Origin: Kiritimatiella glycovorans
GTDB lineage: Bacteria; Verrucomicrobiota; Kiritimatiellia; Kiritimatiellales; Kiritimatiellaceae
Direction of reading: 5' to 3'
DNA length: 32,000 nt
Assembly: GCF_001017655.1 (NCBI RefSeq)
Contig: NZ_CP010904.1
Coordinates: 2,010,001 to 2,042,000, forward strand
A program made the translations under genes and the position numbers. Of this stretch, positions 31,706 through 32,000 are shown in pieces. Position 1 is the stretch's first letter; every line of letters begins with the position of its first letter. Under the pieces are notes generated by a model. It did not search any database, was not told where the DNA came from, and saw only the letters and a program-made list of their open reading frames with translations.

Positions 31706-32000
31706 TCAGAATCCTTCCGCCGTATAGAACTCCTCCGTTCCGTCGGCCGGGATGCCGAGAAAGCGGAGCGTCTCTTCGCCTATTTCCGCGAACGCGGGTG
31801 CGGCGACCCGTCCACCGGTTCCCCCGTCCTCGGGATCGTCCACGACCACGATAATGCCGATCTCCGGCCGGTCGGCGGGCACGAATCCGACGAAGGAGGC
31901 GACGGTGCGGCTGCGCAGGTAGCGGCCGTCCGGTCCGATCTTCTGGGCCGTGCCGGTTTTGCCTGCCACCTCGAACCCCTCGATCGCCGCCTGCGGCGCC
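31706..32000 (-). CDS. ftsI: Penicillin-binding protein 3 / FtsI transpeptidase, C-terminal end (gene continues past the right window edge)
   Basis: The minus-strand frame is open to position 32000 and reads ...APQAAIEGFEVAGKTGTAQKIGPDG....ASFVGFVPADRPE..IVVVDDP, including the KTGT motif of class B PBPs. It ends at the TGA at 31708-31706 and lies immediately upstream of murE. Confidence 0.85.
   Translation of the reverse strand, partial: APQAAIEGFEVAGKTGTAQKIGPDGRYLRSRTVASFVGFVPADRPEIGIIVVVDDPEDGGTGGRVAAPAFAEIGEETLRFLGIPADGTEEFYTAEGF

Noticed and set aside
31450-31854. Plus-strand ORF encoding an SDSDSDSPSDSDSDSDSDSDSD repeat
   Set aside because: It spans the murE start, the intergenic microsatellite and the ftsI 3' end on the wrong strand. 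The Ser-Asp run is just the hexamer repeat read in one frame. The repeat itself is kept as a finding.

Overview
High-G+C bacterial chromosomal segment, densely coded and mostly housekeeping. Many neighbouring genes are coupled by ATGA start/stop overlaps. ThiH, a PPi-type phosphofructokinase signature and MttB-family genes suggest an anaerobe; taxonomy cannot be established from the sequence alone.

Gene order:
- tuf (5' part, minus strand, runs off the left edge and is absent from the supplied ORF track) preceded by tRNA-Thr(GGU).
- trpD-like, kdsD and a ppiD-like chaperone.
- A minus-strand thiamine operon, thiS-thiG-thiH-thiF-thiE, behind a clear TPP riboswitch with a terminator hairpin.
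- A Mut7-C/ubiquitin-like RNase gene.
- A visibly lower-G+C islet: a small ORF overlapping a minimal nucleotidyltransferase gene, then about 350 nt of non-coding spacer.
- A macrodomain gene, tRNA-Glu(UUC), rpsD, an isochorismatase-family hydrolase, a phosphofructokinase and an orphan MalK/UgpC-type ABC ATPase.
- tatB-like, tatC, tatA.
- A four-gene cassette: two divergent non-pyrrolysine MttB-family paralogs, a long class I SAM methyltransferase and a glutamine-hydrolysing AsnB-type amidotransferase.
- A four-helix-bundle-suffix protein fused to a topoisomerase-type zinc finger.
- A partial minus-strand dcw cluster: ftsI(3' end)-murE-murF-mraY-murD-LysM lipoprotein-ftsW.

Candidates for something undescribed, in order of interest:
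1. The MttB-MttB-methyltransferase-AsnB cassette. It lacks every partner of the known corrinoid-dependent quaternary-amine demethylation operons.
2. The small-ORF/nucleotidyltransferase pair in the low-G+C islet.
3. The four-helix-bundle/zinc-finger gene sitting where murG is expected.
4. The hexanucleotide microsatellite between ftsI and murE, which continues the ftsI frame past its TGA stop.

No CRISPR array, transposase, integrase or rRNA was seen. The many long antisense ORFs in the track are treated as high-G+C shadow ORFs.
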